Source: Eledone cirrhosa
Taxonomy: Eukaryota
Direction: 5' to 3'
NCBI GenBank assembly: GCA_964016885.1
Contig: OZ024746.1
Coordinates: 67,456,001-67,520,000, forward strand
Length of the DNA: 64,000 nt
The notes under the pieces are model-generated. The model was not told the DNA's origin and did no database searches. It saw only the letters and a program-made list of their open reading frames with translations. This document shows, in pieces, positions 14,062 through 28,474 of this stretch. A program made the translations under genes and the position numbers. Each line of letters opens with the position of its first letter. Position 1 is the first letter of the stretch.

Positions 14062-15267
14062 TAAAGTTAGTCCTTCATCAGTGATCTTCCAACCATCATT
14101 GGTATTTCATCGCTTTAAAGACCATATACCTCCGGTTGGTGCGAGCAACGGCTAAAAGAAGTCGTTGGGACACGTAAATAAATGGACATGAGAGTGTAAA
14201 CAAACAAAGATGGTGAAGCAACGAAAAGTGAGGAAGAACGACTCAAGTCCCAAATTTCCATGAATATAAGTTCGGTGAAATCGTGAACGAGAGAGAATAA
14301 AGACCATCAAACCTGGTTGGAATGTGAGCAAGGAAGGAATTCCGTACAGGTCTAACGGGAGGAAGAACGAATCTAGTCTGTGAATTCGGTGAACATAAGT
14401 TCTGTATATATATATATATATATTGTGAGAAAATAACATATTTCACGTATGTGTCAGAATGATAACTAGCAACTAGCCGTAGCCAAAAACAGTTTTCTTC
14501 TTTCGCTGCCGTATGTGTAGAAAGGAATGTAAGTCCTTGGCAGTGCTAAATAACCATGTTCCTGCCACCCACGTGTGAGAACATGATCGAATTATGGCAA
14601 TTATCGAAATTGAGATGCAGTCAGTCCATATGTATTTATGTATGTATGTAGGTTTGTGTGTGCGTGTGTGTGTGGGGGGGGGGGGGGGGTTTATTTGTGT
14701 GCATGTATGTATATATGTATGTAAGCACGTATGTATGCATACATGCATATATGCATGTATTTATATGTGCGTATTAAAGCTAATATATCTATATGTTTAT
14801 GGAGGAAATGATAAAAATATATTCTTTATATAAGTATAGTTTTCAAATTGGATATATTTTGGCAAAATGTAAATAAATGACAATATCAAATCTGTAGTTT
14901 TATTATTGGTGTAAATCGAAGTAACAGATTAAAATGTATATAAACGCCATTTTCTTCAATCTACATAATATATACTTCTTTTCGATATATGAATAAAATA
15001 AATGTATGTATATTTTGAAAATATATCCTTAATAAAGTTATTTCTTTGACTGTTCTTATCGCCATGTATTAGATTATAACATTAATGTAATATCCTTTAA
15101 CATATAGTATAAGTAATAGTATTTGCCAAATAAACCCCATTTAAACGTAAATAAATATCTTTAAACTCTTCCTTACTAGCCATTTCATCTGCATTTATAC
15201 CCATATATTCTGCTACAGATTGCAACAGTTCTCCGTCATCGTTTACTATACATCATTATCGAAATAA

Positions 15268-15640
15268 AGAGAGTCGGACACCATGCTTTGCAGCATAGAG
15301 TTACGACCCTTTATGATCTGAGTTCAAATCCCACCGAGATTACCATTGCCTTTCATCCTTGCGGGGTCGCTTTAATCGAATTTCCCCTTCCCCAAAATTA
15401 CTGGCCTTGTGCCTATATAAGAAACCATTATTATAATTATTAGGGGCGGTGGATTGGCAGTATTGATAGAGGGTCGGACGCCATGCTTTGACGTATAGAG
15501 TTACGGCCCTTGCCATTCTGAGTTCAAATCCCGCCAAGGTTAACTTTGCCTTTCATCCTTACGGGGTCGATAAAATAAAGTACCAGTAATGTACTGGGTA
15601 ATTGCTGGCCTTGTGCCTAACGTAGAAACAATTATTATAA
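15268..15640 (+). mobile_element. Two tandem SINE family A copies
   Basis: Units at ~15268-15432 and ~15443-15640. Confidence 0.88.
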
Positions 15641-15789
15641 TTATTAATCTCATATCTAAGTCATTCACGTTATTTAACCAGAAAACTTGTTCAAACCGCT
15701 ACCCGCAGCCTCAGATATTCAGCACATATTGCTGTTCTCAGTAGGCATACCTTTCAAAGTGTCCCAGTTAAGTTGGCTGGGTAACTGGT

Positions 15790-16030
15790 TTTCGCCAGCT
15801 TTGAGAACTCTTCTAGTGCTCCTATGACGATGGGGACTAACTTGTTCTCGTGACAGTCCCAAATAATTTTCGAAGTTCAGTCTCTCAACATTACTCATCT
15901 CATGAAACATTATGTAGGTAGTCATTAATTTTCTTGTCTTTCTATCCAGTTCTTTTTGATCATTTACATTCCATCTAAAAATTATCACATCGACACTGCA
16001 TTACTGAGCGCGGCTCTGTTGAACTTGGAT
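15790..16030 (-). pseudogene. Decayed non-LTR RT C-terminal fragment (R4/Dong-like)
   Basis: ELDRKTRKLMT..MFHEMSNVERL resembles the LDRKTRKLLT..HPKSDVDRL motif. Confidence 0.55.
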
Positions 16031-17559
16031 ATGTGCATTGTGTTTATTGGTGGTGTTCTTTCTATTTTATTGAGAGTACTCTTCGCAACGCAATATGTTT
16101 GCAGTGCCTAGTCGTGCTATTTCAGTATGCTTTACATATTTGTGCAATGCTAGAACCATTAGTGTATTGATCAAATATATTGTCGTTTTTAGATACTACT
16201 ATTTATATTATTACTTCAAATACCGACAAGGTCATTTTCACAATTCATCCTCCCAGAATCACTGCAATAGATTATCAGTCAAATATTGAAGACTATTTAC
16301 TAGGTCTTTCAGCAAATATGTGACATTGTTTCTATTTTAGAAGTATTTATTCAATTAAATTTAAAAGATGAAACTGTGATTAACAATAACAACACTTTCG
16401 TAATTAAAAAGTATAATGTAACCGCTTATTATGATTTTGACTCTATCTCATAAACACTACAATAAACTATACTAATTGAGCAGCGTAAACCATCACATGA
16501 AATGTATATTTGCATGATGCCAACATAATATTGCGTTATAGTTAAAGCAAACTTGTGGCCTAGACGTTCCCGGTAGAAGATATACTGCCCGTTCACATGC
16601 AGTGAGAGCACTGCAAATGTTTTAGCAAACTTAAAAGGAATTATCGTCAGTATTAAGAATCATGATACTGAGAAATGCATTTACTAGTCACGGAATAAAT
16701 GCATCACCTTAGAAATTTAAGTACAAGTTAACAATCTTGGCTGCTTCAATAACAAAACAACAATAACAACTACTTCAACAACAACAACAACAGTAACAGC
16801 CAAAATAACTCTGGCAGTTGCTTAAAACCATATTTGATCTCCTGATCAGTATAATGCCTTCGTGGTACAAATGTTTTGTGTTTGTGTTTTGATGAAGATA
16901 AATTAAACACAATCAGTAATCGAAATGTTGTCAGCTAAAAATTGCAGGCTTAATCTAGGATTTAATTAAATCCTAAAGTACTTGACATTAATTAACATTA
17001 AGAAATTCATATTCGTTTAATTAAAATACGACAAAGCAGCAACCCAAATATCAAACTACATACACAGTGTAATCAATACAATCGGCTGCTAAGACTTTGT
17101 AATGTTTGTTTGTATAGAAATCCAATCCAATGAACAGCATGATATTACATTGTAGACAAAACAATAGAACAAAGACTTTGCTTGTTTCTTAATCCATATC
17201 TAGCATTCAGAGTAACGACTGTTACATTATTGATGTTCGGGCATCGCTTCAATCGCGGCCCAGTAAACGAAACAACGATATATCTTCTCGCCTTTATATA
17301 GAATGTTTGCAAGTTCAAGCTCTAGTTAAGCACCCAGAAGCAAATATTCAACGCCTTAAATAAGAAGCATTGATAGATTATATATATGACCAAAAGTTAA
17401 ACAAGGTTCATTGATTAATCAATGAATATAGTTTTACAATAGATTAGAAGCACTCAACAACGAAGTTTTCTGGAGTTATTAATATTAATTCAAAATATTA
17501 ATAAATATAGACATTCATGTAATCAAATATATTTTATTAAATACATTTCAGAGGTGCAA

Positions 17560-18450
17560 TGCTGTTTCCTAAGTACGTCCTCATCAGATAAAATAAATTG
17601 ATGTCTGACATACCGCAACTGTGCTGATGGTTCAATTCCAGATGTCATCCTCAATGCCCGTAAGTCGCTGATTAATTTCGACGACTCTATTTGGATGAAA
17701 AAATCTAATAGTACCCCATTCGACGTGAGTATGGGCGCCAGCGATTCTGCGGAGGTTACTGATCTTATCGGCCTGTTCCTTCTTTTCTCTATCAAAGAAG
17801 AATTCCCCATCGTGGGCGGTGGTTTGTACCGTGACAACGATCTTTTGACCATGACAAAGTGTGGCCCACGTGCTTGCGACAGGTTCAGAAAAGAACTCAC
17901 AGCCTTCTTTAAAGGCTTCAACCTCTCCATACAGGTTGAGGCCAACCTCTTGGTCGTTAATTACCGAATGGTTTGCACTACCCGTATAGAAAGCCGAATG
18001 ATACGCTTAATTACATAAGTAAGCATTCTAATCATACTGCCAGCATAACGAAGAACCTGGTAAAAAACGTGTCTTTGAGGCTTTCCCGTCTATCTACAAA
18101 CGAGCATATATTCAACATATTACAATGAAGCTCTTGCTCGGAGTGGATTTGTCGATAAGGTAGCTTTTACAGAGTACGAGAATAGACCTAGGAAAAATAG
18201 ATCCCTACGCATTATATGGTATAACCCACCATATAATATGGAGGTGACCACACCATTAGCTAAGATCTTTCTCTCCCTTATTATGAAGCATTTCTCCCCA
18301 GCACATAAATATAGTAACATTTTTAATAGAAATATCATTAAAATTTCTTACTCTACGACTCCTAACCTTGCACATAACATCATAGCTTCAAATTTACCTA
18401 AATTACCAAGCTGTAGGAACACGTGCTACCCTGTAGCTAGTACTAACTGT
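17560..18450 (+). pseudogene. Penelope-like element RT remnant
   Basis: FDVSMGASDSAEVTDLIGLFLL, GGLYRDND, IIWYNPPYN and IFNRNIIKISYS are PLE-type motifs; frameshifted. Confidence 0.85.
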
Positions 18451-18881
18451 AAATGACGTATTATCTTCGTTTTTTCCGTTCATTGCCTGAGAAAGTTTCC
18501 ATAAACCACCTAATAGAATATTAGTCTACTACTTTATTTATACCATAAACATGGTTTTGTCTTTGCGTGTAATTGTTCTCACCGCACCAAATAATGAGAT
18601 ATTATCTTCGTTTTTTTCCGTTCTTTGCCAGGGAACGTTTCCACGAACCAAAGTATCGTCTTCTTGTCTTCCTTCGGTTGCAACGTTTTTTGAAATATTT
18701 ACTTCTGCGTTCACAGATTGACTTTTTAGTTTCAGAAGGGTGAAGGGTGAAAGCAGCGATTCTTTGCTTAAACTTTAACCTATTATTTTAATAAATATTT
18801 GCTCTACAGTTCTTATATATCTGATATATATTTATCCTTATCGAGCCCTCTTTGGATTTTAGTCTTCAAATTTATTATTAT

Positions 18882-18932
<51 letters not shown>

Positions 18933-19084
18933 CTATCAATGTTTCTTATTTAAGGCGTTGAATATTTGCTTCTGCATGCTTAACTGGAGCTTGAACTTGC
19001 AAACATTCTATATAAAGGCGAGAAGATATATCGCTATGTTGTAATGGTAATGGTAACATTTATGTTTCCATTACCATTACAAGG

Positions 19085-19167
19085 GGTCTGACGAGCCGCA
19101 GATTACAGAGTCAGGTCAGATCAATACAGATCGAACTATGAGCTGATCAGGCGAAACGTGGGTCACC
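19085..19167 (+). ncRNA. Type I hammerhead ribozyme with enlarged stem II
   Basis: GGT-CTGACGA-GCC...GGC-GAAA-C(GTGG)G-TC^ACC; AATAAA at 19172; lies downstream of the PLE RT. Confidence 0.7.
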
Positions 19168-19216
19168 AACCAATAAACGTAATGAAGGAGTAACCAATCC
19201 TCCTTGTTATTTTATT

Positions 19217-19262
<46 letters not shown>

Positions 19263-19263
<1 letters not shown>

Positions 19264-19928
19264 TAGCAGTGGTACACGGCGTTGCACGGGATAAGGTATT
19301 TTGGAACGCGGGCCGCCAACAGACCTAGTCGTGGAAAAACTGCATGCCTGGACAATATGTAAAGAAAATAAACTGAATACTCTGATGGCTGGATAATCTT
19401 TAAGGTTTTCCTCGATAAAGGAGGGGACCAAGAAAATATTTTTTTTATGTGCATAATATGCCTTGAAATTTCGGGAAAAATCGGCTAGATGTAACGCCTC
19501 CAAAAAGCCCTAAAAAACAATGACGTTTTTCACCTAATGCGGGCCCTAGGGGACCAAGAAAATAATTTTTTGTTTATATGCATAATATGCCTTGAAATTT
19601 CGGGATAATCGGCTAGATGTAACGCTTCCAAAAAGCCCTAGAAAGCTGAAACAATGACGTTTTTCACCTAATGCGAGCCCTAGGCCATAAAAAAGTTGGA
19701 TTTTCTTTGCTCACGGTATGAAGAAGAGACTGACTAATACATAGTTACAATTTCAATGAAATCGATCTGACGTAACGCCTAAAAAAAAAACTAAAAAGCT
19801 TTTTAAATGCAGTTTTTCACCTAATGCGGGCCCTAGGAGATCAAAAAGTTGAAACATAAGTAATACACATGTAAAGTTTGAAAAACAGCGGTTGGGTACT
19901 TCTCGAGTTTTAGGGATTCAAACTCACA

Positions 19929-19987
<59 letters not shown>

Positions 19988-20271
19988 CTTCAGGGAAGTG
20001 ACGTAATGCAGACAGCCAGACATACAGACAAATATTATATGTATGTATCTATCTAAAAAGAGAAAGACTAAGAATTATAGAGAGAGATAGCTAAGTCACC
20101 TAATGCGGTCCCTAGGGCATTGAAAATTTGAATTTCTTTTGCTCAGAACACTCCCTGAAATATAAGTATTACATGTGTAAAGTTTGAAAACTGTCGGTTG
20201 GGTGGTTCTCGAGTTTTAAGGATTCAAACTCACATACACACAGACAGACATCCTCAGTTTTATATATATAG

Positions 20272-20272
<1 letters not shown>
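19263..20272 (-). mobile_element. Non-autonomous Helitron
   Basis: On the - strand: 5' TCTATATATATAAAA, (CTGT)/(GT) tract, 3' GC-rich imperfect hairpin CCCGTGCAACGCCGTG then CTAG. Sits between A and T without a TSD. Internal repeats of CACCTAATGCG-GCCCTAGG x4. Confidence 0.85.
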
Positions 20273-20363
<91 letters not shown>

Positions 20364-21249
20364 ATGTGTGCGTGTGCGCGCGCGTGTGCGTGCGTATGTA
20401 TGTGTGTGTGTATATATATATTTAAAATAAGGAAAAGAATTACTTCACTTGTAGTTCTAAACAATTTGATTTAATTTTATAATATTATAATATTATGGGT
20501 TGATAGATCTAGTAAGTTCTTTGTTAACTTCGGTGGGAAGATTTTTTAAGATTTCTGGTTAACCTTCCTGGAGAACTTTCTGGCATTCGTTGGTGGCGAT
20601 TGCCAAACTGGGATCAGGTTGTGTTGTGATGTGTGGCTCGATATATAAGAGAGATGTAGATGTGTCTGGGGGGTGTTAATGAGTGTGGGAGTGAAGGGGT
20701 GTTGATGAAGATTTAAATGAATTAATTCATACATATATACACACATACATATATATATACATCTATACACATATATACATATATACACACAAAAAGTGAA
20801 TGGGAACAGCAAGATAATTGATTGGAAGTGGTGTAGGGGGTTGATTAAAGTGTGTTTAAGAAAGGGGCTGTAAAAGTGCCCTCCTGCTGGTTCCATTTCA
20901 ATAAATGACCTTTGATGAATATAGTGGCAGCGTGTTTTTCAAATTCGTTTCTGATAGCTGAATCAGACATCCAGTACACGACGGATAAATATCCTGAAGC
21001 ATCTGCTCTTTCTAGACACCCTGTAAGCTTAACTAAAATCAAGGTAATGTACAGCACCAGGAGAACATTATTTTGTGCCAAATATATAGGTAAATGGGAC
21101 TAGGTTGGCAGTGGTGGATGTTTTTTTGTATCTGAGTATTACATGAGATTTAGATACTGAAATACATCTTCGAGTACAGAAAGGTAAGCGCTCTATTTTG
21201 AAAATTAGTGAAAAGGCTGTGTTTAGAAAGAGGCATAAGTTTGAGGACA

Positions 21250-21900
21250 AAAGTATCTACGTATAATGCATTTGTGCTTACAGTGTTATTGTATGAGTGT
21301 GAAGGCTGGATCACTCACCAGAGGCATTTCAAGATACTTGAAAGATTCCATCAAATTTACCTCCGGTAAATCCTAGGTATTAAATGGAGAAGCATAACAT
21401 CTGACATTCAGCTTTTACAAATTTTTTTTTTGGGGGGGGGGGGGGCTCTACAATCAGCTCTCTTGTCATTAAGGGTTAGATGTGCTAGGAAGGGCATCTT
21501 GTTTGCATGAATAACCACATCATAGGACTAAGAAATATTACAAAGAGTGTATTAGGGAAAATGTAAAGTGTCTGGGTGTAGATGTAAATCAGTGGGAAAA
21601 GCAAACTCATGATTGTAATACATAAAGAAAGACAATTACATCAGGGTGTTAACTATTTGATGAAACAAGAAAAGAGCATAACGAGAATTAAGAAATGGTG
21701 ATTTGGTTTGGCTTGAAAATGTTGAAAAGAAACAACAACAAAGGAAGGTTATGTTCCATATCTCCCTGCATCTCAAGATGTAACTACTTGTCAAATTTGT
21801 CACAAGATATGTCAGACAACCTCCGTGTTAAAACGCCACATGAAGGTTCAACAAGAAATTCCACATCCTGATCCAAGAAACGCAGTACACACACTTGCAT
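21250..21900 (+). pseudogene. Decayed RTE 3' portion with C2H2 remnant
   Basis: LLYECEGWITHQRHFKILERFHQ...ILGIKWR and CQICHKICQTTSVLKRHMK parallel the intact RTE ORF. Confidence 0.75.
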
Positions 21901-22144
21901 ACATCTGTTTCTTGTACCAAAGATCTTGTAAATCAGTTACAGTATACATATGTATATCCACATTTTCATACATACCAGAAACTCTTCAAAATACATTAAG
22001 CACTTTTCCTCCTTTTTCACGCAATCCTTTGTTCCACATCTTATATTACATATATTGTGGTTCTAGGGATGCTTGTTGAGAGAAGGAGACTGACAGACAC
22101 AAATCCCCCACCACCACAAACATATATATATATTTATAATTATA

Positions 22145-22223
<79 letters not shown>

Positions 22224-22559
22224 CATATGCGGCGTGCTATGTCTATATGAGTCTATTATTACAATACTGTTTATGAACATTATATGTGCTATATTTTCCA
22301 ATGATTTTTGCAAAGATTAATTTCACGTCTTCATTTATGATGTATTAAGCCAAACATAAAATATTTATCAGAACCTTTGATCAGAATTAAAACATCTGAA
22401 AAGTTTCTATAGTATTTGTTTATGACCCCCGCTGATATGAATAGTAACCTTCATCTCAAATATGGCTCGATACATTGAGTAAATATTATTTTAATAAGGC
22501 AAACATAAATTCCTGTGTTCTCCCCCCCCCCCCTCTCTCTCTCTCTCCATATATATATA

Positions 22560-22655
<96 letters not shown>

Positions 22656-23260
22656 GAGAGAGAGAGAGAGACGCAGGCAGACAGATGGACAGAGACAAAG
22701 TGAGAATGGAGGAGAGAGAAACGGAGGAGCCATACATAAATATAACTATATATATATAAATATATATAAATATAACTATATATATATATTGTTATACTTT
22801 GGGAGGGTCATGTTGCCAATACTATAGATATATATATATATATATTTATATACATACACATATGCATGCGTGCGTGTGTATGTATGTATTTAAATACATA
22901 TATATATATGTATGTATATATATATATATATATATATAATTACACACACATATATAATCTTGTATAAATAGGACACGCGTGCACGCCACACGTGAGACTG
23001 TTACATACACTGGCTACTCCAAACTTTCCTCTTGCTTTATCTTCATAAACTGCCAATGTTTTATTTTTATTTTTATTTTTATTTTTATTTTAATTTTAAC
23101 TTTAATTTTGTCCTTTAATATGACTGTAATCTTTGTATGTAAATTGCCATGCTATATTATTATGATGGATGTCAACCCACTGTGGGTCAATATATACATA
23201 TGTTTCTATATGTCTCTTGTGTTGAAAAGGAGGTCAAGTATGTAAAAAATTACTAAATAA

Positions 23261-23309
23261 TTGCTCCGAAGAATCCAAACCTCTGTTTGGAGGAAACAAT
23301 TGTAAGCAA
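23261..23309 (+). ncRNA. Type I hammerhead-like motif with CCGAAGA core
   Basis: TTGCT-CCGAAGA-A-TCCAAAC(CTCT)GTTTGGA-G-GAAA-CAATTG-TA^AGCAA; palindromic stem III. Confidence 0.6.
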
Positions 23310-24127
23310 ATAAATGATTTAAACTGAACTTTGATTCATGTAATTTCTATATATATATATATATACATAAGTAGGGTTGAAGGAACTTTTGCAGCAACTA
23401 TACAAACTTTATTGGTATATTAGAATTGTTTCAATATCGATCAGCTAAGGGGACAATCATAATGACTGGGGCCCGGCTCTTTCCCAACATTTCATCATTC
23501 AAAGTTTGAATGTGTTTTTTGAGCAAATAAACTTACATATCTGATGTATACAATAACAGTTTATCTGTATATACACAGTACATAGGCAATCGAGACTACT
23601 TAAATGTGTATATAAATTTATAGACTGAACACATACCAAATTTTATGTACTTTCTTCTAAATAAAAAAAAAGAACAGTCATGATCACAATACAAATAATA
23701 ACGTATGGCAAGTAGAGAACAGTTTCCCAATGGTGGGAACTGCGCTTTAGTGTAATTCCACTGAAATTTCCACACAAAATCCTGGATTACTCTCACTTTA
23801 AGGGCATTGAATATGCCCTCACCCTGCTTCTTTCCTCTTAAAAAATATGAGACAACCTCACTGCAATTACCCTTCTTTCATAAAATGCACAAGTAGCACC
23901 ACCCTTTCCACCATCCCATTCCTCCTGAACTATGACTTGAAGACGTTGTTGAGGGCTTGAGCGGAGTCAAAGTTAAAGCATGGGACCGTCAAACAGTAAC
24001 AATTTTGACAGAGATCACCATTTAAATACTATTAGGTGTACAACATCCACAACTATGAGAGTTTTCTTAAATCCCATCGAAATACAATGACCTGAAGTTA
24101 GATAACAGCAAAAGCAACAAGAGGTTC

Positions 24128-24207
24128 TAATAATTGTTTCTACTTTAGGCACAAGGCCAGCAATTACCCAGTGCATTAGTGGTACTTTATTTTATCGACC
24201 CCGTAAG
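24128..24207 (-). mobile_element. SINE family A 3' fragment
   Basis: Reverse complement of the core and tail. Confidence 0.85.
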
Positions 24208-24461
24208 ATATATAATTTATTAAGGAATCATTATTAACGTTAAACATACAACGTAAGACGCGGGTATATATACGTGAACACGTACATTTGTTGTTTTGAA
24301 TATCAGAATCATACAATATATGGAAGTTTATAGAATATATGGAAGTTTATAGAGACTGACACGCCAAGGAGTTAGTTAGGTATCAAGATAATTACTAGAT
24401 AAATACACTATAAGTATAATGATTAAATGTCAACAAGTTTGTTGACAACAAAATTACAATA

Positions 24462-24579
<118 letters not shown>

Positions 24580-25140
24580 TAAGCCAACCACCTCCGAACC
24601 CAATCCTCGGACTGGGGCCTTGTGGACTAAATAAGGAAGCCTGCCCACTTGAAAACAAATGCCTGACAAATGATATCGTATACAAATGCGATGTCATCTG
24701 AGGCACCGATGATTGCAATAACAAAAAGACTTACATCGGCATGACTTCCAATAACTTTAAGACCCGTTGGTGTGCCCATACCCACTCCTTCAGAAGACCG
24801 GACAAATCAAACCAGACAACACTCGCCTCCTATGTTTGGGACTTCAAAAGTAACTCCACCCCCTTCACGCTTAAATGGAAAATACTCCAGGAAGCGCGCT
24901 CTTACATCGGAGGACACAAGGGCTGCGACTTTGTATCTCAGAGAGCTATGAAATTTTATTCGCCAAGGGCCCGCTACTGAACAAACTCTCTGAACATTGC
25001 CCGAACTGCATGCACAAGAACTTTGCAACTTTCAAATACCTTAAGCCTGTGTTAATGCCCGATGGCTAAAAACGACTTCCCCCTTTTAGCCCCTCTAACC
25101 CCTTCCCACCCCTCCTCAACCTGAAATACGGCCACTATGG
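24580..25140 (+). pseudogene. Penelope-like GIY-YIG endonuclease remnant
   Basis: CPLENKCLTNDIVYKC...KTYIGMTSNNFKTRW..H..SF...TTLASYVW...KWKIL...C...H pattern, with one stop and a frameshift. Confidence 0.88.
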
Positions 25141-25225
25141 TTATGTGAGTAGCTCTTACCTATCTGCATTTTCTGCTCGTAGAGCTGTTTTTATGTGCCT
25201 GTGTATATGCGTATATTTATATATC

Positions 25226-25276
<51 letters not shown>

Positions 25277-25433
25277 ATATATATGTATATGTATGTGCAT
25301 ATGTATGTATATGTTTCTGTATATGTATATATATATATATATGTATGTATATGAGTATGTGTATATGTATGTATGTGTATGTATGTATATATGTATATAT
25401 CTGTGTATGTATTTATTTATTTTTATATATATA

Positions 25434-25472
<39 letters not shown>

Positions 25473-25609
25473 ATATGTGTGTGTATATATGTGTGTATAT
25501 ATATTTATGTATATATGTATGTATATGTATGTTTGTGTATATGTGTGTATATATGTATGTATGTATGTGTGGATGTGTGTGTGTGTATATGTGTGTATAT
25601 GTGTATATA

Positions 25610-25657
<48 letters not shown>

Positions 25658-25691
25658 AAAGAATAGAGGTGTAACACACAAGTTATTATAT

Positions 25692-25890
25692 ATTGGTAAA
25701 CGGAATAGAAAATGCTGACAAATTGTTCACAGTCGAAAAATGGTTTAATTAGGAATAAAAGAGTATTAGTGATTGTATGGGTTAGTATTCAGTTGTGGTT
25801 TTAAGTTTTTAAGTTTCTACCGGTTGCGCATTTCTAAATGCTTTTCAAAAATAATTTTGAGACAGAGTGTCCGTGCTGTTTGCTCTGATC
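25692..25890. repeat. Interspersed repeat end abutting a TA tract; second near-identical copy at 39130-39325
   Basis: ATTGGTAAACGGAATAGAAAATGCTGAC...GTCCGTGCT occurs in both. Confidence 0.85.
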
Positions 25891-25923
<33 letters not shown>

Positions 25924-26092
25924 ATGTATGTGTATGTGTATATATATATATGTATGTGTGTGTGTATATGTATGAATGTATATGTATGTGTATGTGTGTG
26001 TATATGTGTATATATATGTATGTGTGTATGTATGTATATGTATGTATATGTGTATGTATATGTATATATATGTATATGTATGTGTGTATATG

Positions 26093-26127
<35 letters not shown>

Positions 26128-26160
26128 ATGTGTATATGTATGTATGTGTGTATGTCTGTG

Positions 26161-26232
<72 letters not shown>

Positions 26233-26464
26233 CACATATATGTATATGTGTCCCAAGGCTCTGATACCATCAACACTATAAACAAAAACCCAAAAAATGT
26301 TGCTTTCAATCATCAGAATGAAAAAATCCTGGTCTGTCCATTGGTAAATGGAATAATTGCCTTATGTTGTTTATTACATAACTATTAAGTTCTGTTACCT
26401 ACATAGAGCACTCTTTTTTCCTGGAGTTATCCGACGGAATTACTTCATATATTCACACATATAT

Positions 26465-26543
<79 letters not shown>

Positions 26544-26760
26544 CGTATGTGTGCATACCTGTATGTGTGTATGTATATATATGTATGTGTATATGTATAT
26601 GTGTGTATGTATGTATATGTATGTATGTGTGTATGTATGTGTATATGTATATGTATATGTGTGTATATATGTATATATATATATAAATATGCGTGTATGT
26701 ATCTGTATATATATGTATGTGTGTGTGTATGTATGTATGTGTATATATATATGAGTGTGC

Positions 26761-26814
<54 letters not shown>

Positions 26815-26951
26815 GTATATATGTATATATATATATATGTGTATATATATATATATATATGTGTATATGTATATATATGTATATATATATATGTGTGTAT
26901 GTGTGTTGTTGTGCGTGTGTGTGAGTGTGTCTGTTTGTGAATGTGTCTGTT

Positions 26952-27305
26952 GACATTTGGAATATAGCTTAAGAGAAACTTGAAGATAATTGTATGATAG
27001 GCACTCAATACTTTGAACTGGTCTACAGAATTCTCTAGGCCTTTGTCACTGTAAGTAGAACCTTAAAGAATTAGCTTTTAAAGAATTTCCCTTTTCTTTA
27101 AATCATCAACCATGACTGACCCCCAACGATCTTATAGACACCTGGAATATAGACATTGTTAGCTTAAGAGAAACTTATAAATAAGGTATGGCACCCATTC
27201 TGAACTTGTTTATAGAATTCTTTCTGCCTTTTTCACTCTAAATATAAATTATAGCTTTAAAGAATTAGCTTTTAATGAATTCCCTTTTCTATCAACCAAT
27301 GACCT
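26952..27305 (+). repeat. Diverged tandem duplication of ~185 bp
   Basis: TAGCTTAAGAGAAACTT...TTAAAGAATTAGCTTTTAA occurs twice. Confidence 0.7.
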
Positions 27306-27539
27306 CTACCCATCCAACTCCCTACCCTCTCCTACAACCTGAAGAGGCCTATAAATACCATATTTATTTTTTGATACCCAGATTCCCGATGAGTTCTAAA
27401 GAATGAAACAGTTCTAGTCCTGTAGAATATCATCTATATTAAAACTATATATATATATTATATATATATATGTGTTCGTGTGTGTGTGTGTCTGTGTGTG
27501 TATATATATATATATAATATATATATATATATATGTATG

Positions 27540-27586
<47 letters not shown>

Positions 27587-27881
27587 CAGAGAGATACAAA
27601 CATTTATATGATTGTGTGAATGTATAGTATATTAAATTATATGAACGTGCGTGTATATACAATACATATATATCTATATACACACACATATATATATATA
27701 TATATGAGTGTATGCTTGTATGCGTGTGTGTATGTATTATGTGTATATGAGTGTATAAATTTATATATATATATATATGTGTGTATATATATAAATTATA
27801 TATATTCATATATATATATATACATAAATATATATATATATATGCACATATATATATACATATAAATGCATATATATATAC

Positions 27882-27919
<38 letters not shown>

Positions 27920-27954
27920 GCATATATATATATACACACATATATATATGCATA

Positions 27955-28031
<77 letters not shown>

Positions 28032-28384
28032 CCGTATATGCCTGTTGTACAAGCGCGCACTCATTTAGTGTAATATAAACGTTTGAAGTTGATTGTGTCT
28101 ACATATATTTTCATTAATATTTTAATTATAACAAACATTCAATATACATTTGAATTTTAATTATTTTGCAATTCTGTAGAAACTCAAATTTTAATTAATT
28201 AATATTCTCTGCCATTTCAGTTATCCTCCTATAATTAAAAGACCTCCAGCATCTACAAGTATAAAAATGGTGCAAGTCGCAGTTGTTGTTGTTATATAAT
28301 CACTATGTACACACAAAAAATACAATTTGAGTTGACCTTTAATTCGGTGTCAGCATCTCTTTTTAATATGTTAATAAAATGAGA

Positions 28385-28448
<64 letters not shown>

Positions 28449-28474
28449 ATGTATGTATGTGTATATATATGTTA

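Noticed and set aside
17560-17590. Hammerhead on the - strand (CTGATGA...GAAA)
   Set aside because: Stems I and II do not pair, and it lies within the PLE RT remnant.
23700-24060. Pogo-like DDE transposase remnant (LLLFDG on the - strand)
   Set aside because: A single short motif with no TIRs is insufficient.
27340-27425. Hammerhead with a CTGAAGA or CCGATGA core
   Set aside because: Two alternative cores and a poor stem I make it ambiguous. Motifs at ~43003 and ~60447 were dropped for similar reasons.
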